64,000 nucleotides of DNA. Source: Peptostreptococcaceae bacterium (GTDB lineage: Bacteria; Bacillota; Clostridia; Peptostreptococcales; Filifactoraceae). The notes under the pieces are model-generated. The model was given only the letters and a program-made list of their open reading frames with translations. It ran no database searches and was not told where the DNA came from. This document shows positions 54,258 through 61,952 of this stretch, piece by piece. The stretch lies in NCBI GenBank assembly GCA_030528675.1, contig JAUMYL010000017.1, positions 6,860 to 70,859 of the forward strand, written 5' to 3'. The stretch's first letter is position 1. Each line of letters opens with the position of its first letter. A program made the position numbers and the translations under genes.

Positions 54258-55896
54258 AAGATTCGTCTTGACTCTGCTGGGATTTTTTCGAGGCGTCTAT
54301 GAAAGAGCGGGCGTCGACTACGCTCAGATGACGGAGATCCTGAGGCTCAAGCTGATCATGGACAAAAGACGGGTCAACCGCTCTCTGAATCCCAATGAGC
54401 AAAGTCGGGAGAAGAATTATTTCCTCTGGAATATCCTGACGATGATGTTCATGGGCGTCATTTCCGCGACGCTCATGATCTACAATTTCCCTGCGTTTCT
54501 CAAGATCAATCTCTTTTTGATCATGGTGATGACTCTGATGCTGTCGATGTTCATCTCGGACTACTCCGCAGTGCTGCTCGATCTTCGGGGCAAGAATCTC
54601 TTTTATGCAAGGCCGATAGGACAGAAGACTCTCAGCGCGGCCAAGATGACTCATATCGTGCTTTATATAAGCGCCTATGCGCTGGCGCTCTGTCTGCCGG
54701 GGATCTTTTTCTCCGCCTTTCGATTTGGTATTCTGTTCGGTCTGATGCTGACCGGAGCGGTTCTTTTTGCGACGGTGACGACGGTGTTTTTCTCGGGCAC
54801 TCTCTACTTCCTGCTGCTGAGGACTTTTTCCGGAGAGAGGCTCAAGGATATCCTCAATTATTTCCAGATCGGCGTCACCCTTTTTTTCATTCTGGCCTAC
54901 CAGATCATGCCGAGGCTGTTTTTGCTGGACGGACTGAGATATAAGGAGAGGTTCTGGATGTTTTTCCTTCCTTCTTCCTGGTTTTCCGCTCCCTTTGCGG
55001 TCGTCTTTGAAGGAAAAGCGACTCTGTTTATGGGGCTTTTGTCGCTGACAGGGCTGATCCTGCCGATTCTGCTGATTTTTGTCTACCTTGGGAAGATCGC
55101 TCCTTCCTTCGAGAGCTGTCTGGAACGCCTCTCAATGAGTGAGACGGCGGCGGAAAGCCTCTCCGGATTTTGGAACCGGCTGATCCGACTGAGTGCAAGG
55201 GGAAGTCAGGAGAGGGCTTTTATGGAGCTGATTCTCATCAACACGAAGAGAGACCGAAATTTCAAACTGAGGATCCTGCCTCAGATGGTCGTTGCTTCCC
55301 TCTTTCCTCTGATCATGCTCGCCAATCAGATGCTGCGGGACTGGGAGAACTTCCTGCAGACTCTGCCGCAGCAGCCTTATTATATGGCGCTCTACGGCTG
55401 CGGATTGATTACAGGCGGTCTCTATACGTATATGACGATCAGCGATTTCAGCAAGGGGGCGTGGATCTACGGTGCTCTTCCGATCTCAAGACGGTCGGAT
55501 ATCTATTTTGCTTCCTACAAGATCGCGATCCTGCAGTACATTCTCCCGGTTCATCTCTTCATTGGAGGAATGTTTCTCCTGCTGTACAGAGGGAGCGTCT
55601 GGATGGGGATACTGACCGTGATCCTGAACAATATCATCAGTTTTCTCTGGGCTTCGGTCATCAGGCGCTCGGAGCTGCCTCTTGCCGCTTCTCTGGAGAC
55701 GGCGAAGAGCGACAGTATCATTCGTCTGCTGCTTCTGATGCCTGTGCTCGGTCTGATGGCGGGACTGCACTATTTCATCGTCGCCATTGGAAAGGCGGAG
55801 CCGCTGTATATGCTGCTGATTTCGGCATCCGTCCTCCTGCTGAGCTGGAGATGGCTGATCCCGAAGATTCTGGAAAGGGAGGATTCGGTTTTATGA
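54250..55896 (+). CDS. large polytopic membrane protein, putative permease partner of the upstream ABC ATPase
   Basis: 548 aa, more than 10 predicted TM. ATG overlaps the ATPase stop by 8 nt. No recognisable family motif. Confidence 0.6.
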   Translation: MNERFVLTLLGFFRGVYERAGVDYAQMTEILRLKLIMDKRRVNRSLNPNEQSREKNYFLWNILTMMFMGVISATLMIYNFPAFLKINLFLIMVMTLMLSMFISDYSAVLLDLRGKNLFYARPIGQKTLSAAKMTHIVLYISAYALALCLPGIFFSAFRFGILFGLMLTGAVLFATVTTVFFSGTLYFLLLRTFSGERLKDILNYFQIGVTLFFILAYQIMPRLFLLDGLRYKERFWMFFLPSSWFSAPFAVVFEGKATLFMGLLSLTGLILPILLIFVYLGKIAPSFESCLERLSMSETAAESLSGFWNRLIRLSARGSQERAFMELILINTKRDRNFKLRILPQMVVASLFPLIMLANQMLRDWENFLQTLPQQPYYMALYGCGLITGGLYTYMTISDFSKGAWIYGALPISRRSDIYFASYKIAILQYILPVHLFIGGMFLLLYRGSVWMGILTVILNNIISFLWASVIRRSELPLAASLETAKSDSIIRLLLLMPVLGLMAGLHYFIVAIGKAEPLYMLLISASVLLLSWRWLIPKILEREDSVL

Positions 55897-55898
55897 AG

Positions 55899-55965
55899 GA
55901 CTTCGAAAATCCTTCGACGGCGCGGAATCGCCTTCGGAAAAATCGGATTTGCGAAGATTCTGCAG
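55899..55965 (+). repeat. dispersed repeat family B copy (related to 59950-60015)
   Basis: ACTTCGAAAATCCTTCGACGGCGCGGAATCGCCTTCGGAAAAATCGGATTTGCG versus ACTTCAAAAATCATTCGACGGCGCGGACTTGCTTTCGGAAAAATCGGACTCGCT. Confidence 0.75.
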
Positions 55966-56033
55966 CTACAGATAGGCAGCGGTATAAGAGCTTTTTATAA
56001 AATGAATATAATCGAAAAAAGGAGATGAACTCT

Positions 56034-57632
56034 ATGCAACTTTCTTTTTACGGAGCGGCTCGTGAGGTCACGGGAAGCTGCTATCTTCTGGAAGCCTGCG
56101 GGAAGAATATCCTGATCGACTGCGGGATGGAGCAGGGGCTCGGCGCCGACAACACCAAAGAGCTGCCGGTACCGCCGGTCAGGCTCGACTATGTTTTTCT
56201 GACTCATGCGCATATCGACCACTCAGGGAGACTGCCGCTGCTTGCCAAACTCGGCTTTGCGGGTGAGATTTACGCGACGGAGGCGACGACGGACCTGTGT
56301 CAGATCATGCTGAGAGATTCCGCCCATATTCAGGAGTTTGAGGCGGAGTGGCGCAACCGTAAGGGCAAACGCTCCGGAAAGGGAGGTTTTGAGCCTCTGT
56401 ATGGGATGGGAGATGCGGAGGCGATCATGGAGACCTTCATCCCCTGTACCTACGACCGGCTCGTCGAGGTAGCGGAGGGGATCCGTATCCGTTTCATCGA
56501 CGCGGGACATCTGCTGGGTTCCTCTTCGATTGAAGTCTGGATAGAAGAAGAGGGCGTCTCCAAAAAGATCGTCTTCTCAGGGGATGTCGGCAATATCAAC
56601 CAGCCGCTGATCAAAGATCCGACTTATATCAAAGAGGCGGACTATGTAATCGTTGAATCGACCTACGGAACCCGTCTGCACAATCCGCCTCTTGACTATG
56701 CGACCAATCTCGCCTCTGTGATCCAGCGAACCTTTGACCGGGGCGGCAATGTGGTCATCCCTTCTTTTGCAGTGGGCAGGGCGCAGGAGCTTCTGTACTT
56801 TATTCGAAATATCAAGGCGAAAGGCATGGTCAAGGGGCATGAGGGCTTCAAGGTCTATGTCGACAGTCCTCTTGCCAACGAGGCGACGGCGATCTTCCGG
56901 GACAACACGGAGATCTTCGATGCGGATGCGACGGAGCTGATTCGTCAGGGGATCAACCCGATCAGTTTTGAGGGACTGAAACTCTCCGTGACGGCGGACG
57001 ACTCCCGTGCGATCAACTTCATCGACGAGCCCAAGGTGATCATCTCCGCCTCGGGCATGTGCGAAGCCGGAAGGATCAAACACCATCTCAAGCACAATCT
57101 CTGGAGGGAAGAAAGTTCGATTGTCTTTGTCGGCTATCAGGCGGTCGGAACGACGGGACGGGCGATTGTCGACGGGGCGAGCGCGGTCAAGCTCTTCGGC
57201 GAGGAGATCGAGGTTCATGCAGAGATCGTCACTTTGGAAGGCATCAGCGGTCATGCGGATCAGAAAGGGCTGCTGAACTGGCTGGACGCCTTCGATAAAG
57301 TGCCTGAGCGCATCTTCGTTACCCATGGAGACGCGGAGGTCAGCCTCGCCTTTGGGGAGATCCTCAGAGAGCGCTACAAGACCCGGGTTTCTGTGCCGAA
57401 GTACTCGGAGCTTTACGATCTTGCGACCGGAGAGATGCTCAGAGAAGGCTACCAGCAGGAGAAGAAGGCCGCGGCGATCCAGAGGACGGAGGAAGGCACC
57501 GTCTATCAGCGTCTTCGTGCAGCCGGAGATCGTCTGGTGGAAGTGATCCTGCACAATAAGGGCGGAGCGAACAAGGATTTGGCGAAATTCGCCGATCAGA
57601 TCCTTGCCCTTGCGGAAAAATGGGATCGGTAG
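56034..57632 (+). CDS. MBL-fold beta-CASP ribonuclease (CPSF-73/RNase J-like, RMMBL C-terminal domain)
   Basis: HxHxDH = HAHIDHSG. Motifs ESTYG, GHADQ, THGD. About 530 aa. Confidence 0.8.
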   Translation: MQLSFYGAAREVTGSCYLLEACGKNILIDCGMEQGLGADNTKELPVPPVRLDYVFLTHAHIDHSGRLPLLAKLGFAGEIYATEATTDLCQIMLRDSAHIQEFEAEWRNRKGKRSGKGGFEPLYGMGDAEAIMETFIPCTYDRLVEVAEGIRIRFIDAGHLLGSSSIEVWIEEEGVSKKIVFSGDVGNINQPLIKDPTYIKEADYVIVESTYGTRLHNPPLDYATNLASVIQRTFDRGGNVVIPSFAVGRAQELLYFIRNIKAKGMVKGHEGFKVYVDSPLANEATAIFRDNTEIFDADATELIRQGINPISFEGLKLSVTADDSRAINFIDEPKVIISASGMCEAGRIKHHLKHNLWREESSIVFVGYQAVGTTGRAIVDGASAVKLFGEEIEVHAEIVTLEGISGHADQKGLLNWLDAFDKVPERIFVTHGDAEVSLAFGEILRERYKTRVSVPKYSELYDLATGEMLREGYQQEKKAAAIQRTEEGTVYQRLRAAGDRLVEVILHNKGGANKDLAKFADQILALAEKWDR

Positions 57633-57646
57633 GAGATTGAAAGAAA

Positions 57647-58777
57647 ATGCTGATTTTTAGCGAATTGATCAAAAAATTTGACAAAATCAGAGAGTATATG
57701 AGAGATTTTTATGTCTACGGCTTTCGAACGCGGGAAAACTTCGGAAGCCGAAAGAGCCTGCGCAGCTATGACAACGAGAGGCGGAGAATCGAAAGCTATC
57801 TGGAGGACTTCATGTCCTTTCGCCAAAATGACAGGGGAAAGATCGTCTTTTTGAGCGCAGACAGCAGGGATATCTCCGCCAATCCCTTTTACAGAGCTTT
57901 TAAGGCCAAAAGTTTCACCAAAAAAGACATCAGCCTGCACTTCATTCTGCTGGACATTTTGCAGGAGGGTATCAGACTGTCTTTATCCGAGATTATGGAG
58001 AAGATCGGGGAAGAGTATCTGAGTTTTTTTGAATTTCCGATGGAGATCGACGCGGCGACGGTGCGCAACAAGCTGCGGGAATACGAAGGAGAAGGCCTCT
58101 TCGTCTCGGAAAAAGTCGGAAAAACTCTGCTCTACCGAAGGAGAGAAGAGGAATCGGAGAGTCCGCCCTCTATTGACGCGATCCGTTTTTTCAGCGAGGC
58201 GGATCCCGCCGGCGTCGTCGGCAGTTTTCTTCTGGACCGATATGAGGAGAAACGCCCTGTAAATCCGCCCTTTTCCTACAAACACCACTATATTATGCAC
58301 GCTCTCGACAGCGAGATCTTCTGCCTTGCGGCGGAGGCGATTGCCGCGGAGGAGACTGTGGAGATCCTTCGCCGCGTCCGCAGCGGCAGGGAAGAAAAGG
58401 AAACCGTCTTTCCGATCAAGATCCTCCTCAGCGTCCAAAGTGGAAGGAGTTATCTTTCGGCATACCATTTTCGAGACAGACATATTTTCAACTACCGTCT
58501 CGATCATATTCTCTCTCTGCGTCGGACGGGAGAGCGCCGCGCCGCCCTCGGAATGCGGGAGAGGTGGAAGGAGCTGATGGACGAGGCCTGGGGAGTGTCC
58601 TTCGGAAAGAAGGGGCCGCCGGAGAGCGTCGAGATGATCCTTCTGATCCCGCCGCAGGAGCGTTTTGTGCTGGAAAGGATCCTTCGAGAGGGAAGACATG
58701 GGCGTGTCGAAGAGCTGGGAGAGGGAAGATACCGCTATGCGGTAAAGGTCAGGGACTCTCGGGAGATGCTCCCCTAG
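57647..58777 (+). CDS. HTH-WYL-domain transcriptional regulator; reading frame interrupted by in-frame TAG inside the C-terminal WCX-like segment (homology continues in-frame to 58954)
   Basis: wHTH in the middle region. WYL core SYLSAYHFRDRHIFNYRLDHI (WYLxA...FRLDRI pattern). After the TAG at 58775-58777 the same frame reads LRTFLGRIEQIRFSDEKVEKL, which aligns with the WCX motif LLSFGPMIEVIEPESVREKI of the paralog downstream. Confidence 0.6.
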   Translation: MLIFSELIKKFDKIREYMRDFYVYGFRTRENFGSRKSLRSYDNERRRIESYLEDFMSFRQNDRGKIVFLSADSRDISANPFYRAFKAKSFTKKDISLHFILLDILQEGIRLSLSEIMEKIGEEYLSFFEFPMEIDAATVRNKLREYEGEGLFVSEKVGKTLLYRRREEESESPPSIDAIRFFSEADPAGVVGSFLLDRYEEKRPVNPPFSYKHHYIMHALDSEIFCLAAEAIAAEETVEILRRVRSGREEKETVFPIKILLSVQSGRSYLSAYHFRDRHIFNYRLDHILSLRRTGERRAALGMRERWKELMDEAWGVSFGKKGPPESVEMILLIPPQERFVLERILREGRHGRVEELGEGRYRYAVKVRDSREMLP

Positions 58778-58943
58778 CTGAGAACCTTTCTCGGGAGGAT
58801 CGAGCAGATCCGTTTCAGCGATGAGAAGGTCGAAAAACTCTTTTACGCCGATCTGGAAAATATGAGAAGAAAATATGAAGAGCCGCAGTCCCTCCGTCCG
58901 CGGCGCAAAAGGGCGTCTTCCGAGATAGAAAGGGGAGAAGAAG

Positions 58944-59912
58944 TTGATCTTTCATGAGATCTACGGTCTGTATTACAGGAGTGTCGAGAAGATCCTAAGG
59001 GCGATTCTCGAGCGAAGGAGATCCGGCGGACCGCCTCTGTCGGGCAAGGAAGCGAGGAAGCTCATTGATGAGACCGCTTTCTCGGAAAGCAGCATGGCGA
59101 TCCTTTCGGCGATTGAACAGGAAGAGTGGCAGATGATCCGAAAGGATATGAGCAGTCCGATACGCCATTTGCCCTCGCGGCCCCGGACGCTTTTGGAAAG
59201 ACGCTGGCTGCAGGCGATTGCGGGAGATGAAAAAATGAGACTTTTCGGGGAAGTGCCTCTTGTTTCAGAGGAAGATCCTCCGCTGTATCGCAGAGAAGAC
59301 CTCTTTCGAATCGACCGTCCCTCCGACGGTGATGACTTTTCCGATCCGGGGTATATTGAAGTGTTTCAGGCGTTGTTGCGCGCGGTCAAGGAGGAAAAAC
59401 TCGTTCAGATTGCCTTTCTTTCGGCGAAAGGGTTTCGTAAAAAAGGGCTGTTCTTTCCCGGGAAGCTGGAATACTCGGCAAAAGATGAAAAGTTTCGCCT
59501 GATCGCAAAGAGATCTTCTGCCTATGGCGTGGTCTCTGATATCATCGTGACGATCAATCTTGCGCGGATCCTCTCTGTCACCGTCATGGAAGAGATCACG
59601 CCGGAGTTTTTGATCGGAGACTTCCGCTTTGAGGAGCCGAAAGAAAGCGTCCTGCTGCGCTTGTATGACCGCAGAAACGCTTTAGAGCGTGCCTTGCTTC
59701 ATTTTGCGGACTTCGAAAAAGAGACCGAGCAGATAGAGGGACTTCTCTATGAAATGAAACTGCGTTTTGCAAGCAAGGACGAGTCCGAGATCCTGATCCG
59801 CCTGCTCTCCTTCGGGCCGATGATTGAAGTGATCGAGCCCGAGAGTGTTCGGGAGAAAATCCGACAGAGACTGCAGAGGCAGGCGGAACTTTGGGGAAGA
59901 AGAAGGTGTTGA
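58944..59912 (+). CDS. WYL/WCX-domain regulator paralog
   Basis: 322 aa. TTG start after AAAGGGGAGAAG. C-terminal ...LIRLLSFGPMIEVIEPESVREKIRQRL is a typical WCX segment. Confidence 0.55.
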   Translation: MIFHEIYGLYYRSVEKILRAILERRRSGGPPLSGKEARKLIDETAFSESSMAILSAIEQEEWQMIRKDMSSPIRHLPSRPRTLLERRWLQAIAGDEKMRLFGEVPLVSEEDPPLYRREDLFRIDRPSDGDDFSDPGYIEVFQALLRAVKEEKLVQIAFLSAKGFRKKGLFFPGKLEYSAKDEKFRLIAKRSSAYGVVSDIIVTINLARILSVTVMEEITPEFLIGDFRFEEPKESVLLRLYDRRNALERALLHFADFEKETEQIEGLLYEMKLRFASKDESEILIRLLSFGPMIEVIEPESVREKIRQRLQRQAELWGRRRC

Positions 59913-59937
59913 AGTTGCGAATTCAAGTTCGCAACTT
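59912..59937. repeat. perfect 10-bp-stem hairpin AAGTTGCGAA-ttcaag-TTCGCAACTT (copy 1; spans the stop codon of the WYL paralog)
   Basis: Identical hairpin repeated at 60177-60202. Confidence 0.85.
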
Positions 59938-59949
59938 CACATTGCAGAC

Positions 59950-60015
59950 AAACTTCAAAAATCATTCGACGGCGCGGACTTGCTTTCGGAAAAATCGGAC
60001 TCGCTCACCGGAAAT
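59950..60015 (+). repeat. dispersed repeat family B copy
   Basis: See 55899-55965. Confidence 0.75.
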
Positions 60016-60079
60016 TTCGAACGAGCTCCAAGCGGCGTCCTGCCGCTTTCGCTCTAAAATCAGCGTCCTGCTGATTTTT

Positions 60080-60170
60080 CTGAAATTTCATCGGCTCGCT
60101 CCTCTCGATTTTTTCACGAAAGTTCCTCATCTTCGTCTCATGAATTTTGAAGTTTGTCCGCTTTGTCTTC
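60080..60170 (+). repeat. dispersed repeat family C copy (contains a family-A core fragment CTGAAATTTCATCGG)
   Basis: See 43269-43365. Confidence 0.7.
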
Positions 60171-60176
60171 AGTCTG

Positions 60177-60208
60177 AAGTTGCGAATTCAAGTTCGCAAC
60201 TTTTTTTT
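60177..60208 (+). terminator. strong intrinsic terminator (hairpin copy 2 plus T8)
   Basis: AAGTTGCGAA-ttcaag-TTCGCAACTT followed by TTTTTTTT. Confidence 0.8.
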
Positions 60209-60327
60209 CATGAAAAAAATCAGGATTTGGGATATTCTATATTTGCGGGAGTGATGACGAGAATATCTTTTTTCCGAGGTGCTTGAGGCTCTGCCGTAAA
60301 GTATGCCTTTCCCTCCTGCGGAAAAAT

Positions 60328-60352
60328 GCAGGTTCGAATCCTGCTCAAAGCG
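60328..60352 (+). other. orphan canonical tRNA T-arm plus acceptor-3'-like tail (GCAGG-TTCGAAT-CCTGC-TCAAAGCG) with no tRNA body
   Basis: Exact 5-bp stem / 7-nt TTCGAAT loop. An upstream CCTGC (60315-60319) could alternatively pair with GCAGG. No D-arm or anticodon arm is reconstructable upstream. Confidence 0.5.
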
Positions 60353-60818
60353 TGGTGCTTTGCGTTGGCCGAAACGGGTTTCCTCGAGAAACCACTGAAA
60401 AAGTCAAAGAGCAAAAAAACCGGATTTCCTGCCGAAGACCTGCAGTCAGGGTCTGAAGCGAGCAGAGCTCTGCCTTGTCGAAAGACGGATACCGCAGGAG
60501 CAAAATCAGTCCGAGGGTGCGGAGAAAGGAGCGCGCTCTCCGGCTGATGAGGTTTCCGCTCAAGCCTTTCGCCGCAGAGCTTTGTGGAAGACGGCGGGCG
60601 AAGGAAAGATCCCATGGAGGATCATGTGAAGCAAATAGAGTATAATGTTCATGAGCAGTTACATCCTTTCGGCAATGTTTGTTTTGCGATGATCATTATA
60701 CCGGAAAAAGGGAGTGCTCTTTTATGTGCAAACCTCCGTAAATAAAGGTTTTTAGATAATAAGAATTAAAAAAACAGATAGTGTTTGACACTACCGGACG
60801 GTACGAGGGGGAGATAGA

Positions 60819-61919
60819 ATGAAAACAATCATTTACGAAAATCAAAGAGGTCTTTTGTTCAAAAAGGGAAAATTTGTCAAAATGCTCTCGGCGGGGACTT
60901 ATCGAACCTATGGAAAGAGCAGGGAGATCAAGGTCGTTTCCATCGAAGAGCCTTTTGAGACGGAGGGTTTCGACCTGAAGATCTTCGCGCAGGATGCGCA
61001 GCTGATGAAAGAGCTCGCCTGGGTGGAAGTCCCGGACGGGAGCATTGCCTTCCACTATGCGGACGGGCGCTATCAGGGCTGCCTGCGCAGCGGCGTCCAC
61101 GCTTTCTGGAATGTATATAAGGAACATCGTTTTCAGAAGATCGACATCCGTGAGACCGAGGTGGGAGAAGAAGTGCCGAAGGAGATTCTCAAAGACCTGG
61201 AAGGCAGATTCTGTTTCAGTCTGCGGGTCGGAGCTCATGAAAAGGCGAGGCTGTATTTTGACAACCGCTTCGTTCGGCTGCTTGAGCCGGGCATTTATTA
61301 TTTTTGGGACAACGGCGTCCACGTGGATTGGGATCTTGTCGACACGAGGCTGATCCAAAGAGAGGTGAACGGGCAGGAGATCCTCACCGCCGACAAGGTG
61401 ACGATACGCCTCAATTTCACCTACAGTTACCGGGTATCTGACTGTCTGAAGATCGGCAGTGAGATTGAAGATTATGAAAACCAGATCTATGTCCTGCTGC
61501 AGATGATTCTGCGGGAGTATGTGGGACGGTTCCGGCTCGATGAGATCCTTGGGGCGAAAGAGCAGATCGGAGATTTCGCGCTGGAGAAACTCCGAGAGAA
61601 AGAAGGAGCTTATTTTGTTGAATTTCACGAGGCGGGAGTCAAGGATATCATCCTGCCCGGCGAGATCCGAGAGATCATGAACACCGTGCTGATCGCCGAA
61701 AAGAGGGCGCAGGCGAGTCTGATTGCAAGAAGGGAAGAGGTCGCTTCGACAAGAAGTCTGCTCAACACTGCGAAACTGATGGAAGAGAACAAGACGCTCT
61801 ACAAGCTTAAAGAGCTGGAATACATCGAACGCATCTCAGAAAATATCCACCAGCTCAACCTTGGCGGCGGAGGAAGTCTGCTCTCCGAGCTGAGCCGAAT
61901 CCTCCCGAAAGCCGAATGA
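60819..61919 (+). CDS. SPFH/band-7 (stomatin-prohibitin-flotillin) domain protein lacking an N-terminal transmembrane anchor
   Basis: 366 aa. SPFH core ...QEILTADKVTIRLNFTYSYRV...IILPGEIREIMNTVLIAEKRAQASLIARREE... Coiled-coil tail. Confidence 0.75.
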   Translation: MKTIIYENQRGLLFKKGKFVKMLSAGTYRTYGKSREIKVVSIEEPFETEGFDLKIFAQDAQLMKELAWVEVPDGSIAFHYADGRYQGCLRSGVHAFWNVYKEHRFQKIDIRETEVGEEVPKEILKDLEGRFCFSLRVGAHEKARLYFDNRFVRLLEPGIYYFWDNGVHVDWDLVDTRLIQREVNGQEILTADKVTIRLNFTYSYRVSDCLKIGSEIEDYENQIYVLLQMILREYVGRFRLDEILGAKEQIGDFALEKLREKEGAYFVEFHEAGVKDIILPGEIREIMNTVLIAEKRAQASLIARREEVASTRSLLNTAKLMEENKTLYKLKELEYIERISENIHQLNLGGGGSLLSELSRILPKAE

Positions 61920-61952
61920 AACCATGATATAGCATAGGAGGAGAAGAGTCTT

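Noticed and set aside
60281-60352. Possible complete tRNA gene ending at the T-arm
   Set aside because: The spacing to a putative 5' acceptor strand (GCTTGAG) is right, but only 4-5 of 7 acceptor pairs form. No D-arm or anticodon stem can be drawn. It is kept only as an orphan T-arm element.
59891-60615. ORFs 59891-60286 (+), 60220-60615 (-) and 60326-60547 (+)
   Set aside because: They overlap hairpin and dispersed-repeat copies and the T-arm tract. No RBS and non-protein-like composition. This region is treated as non-coding.
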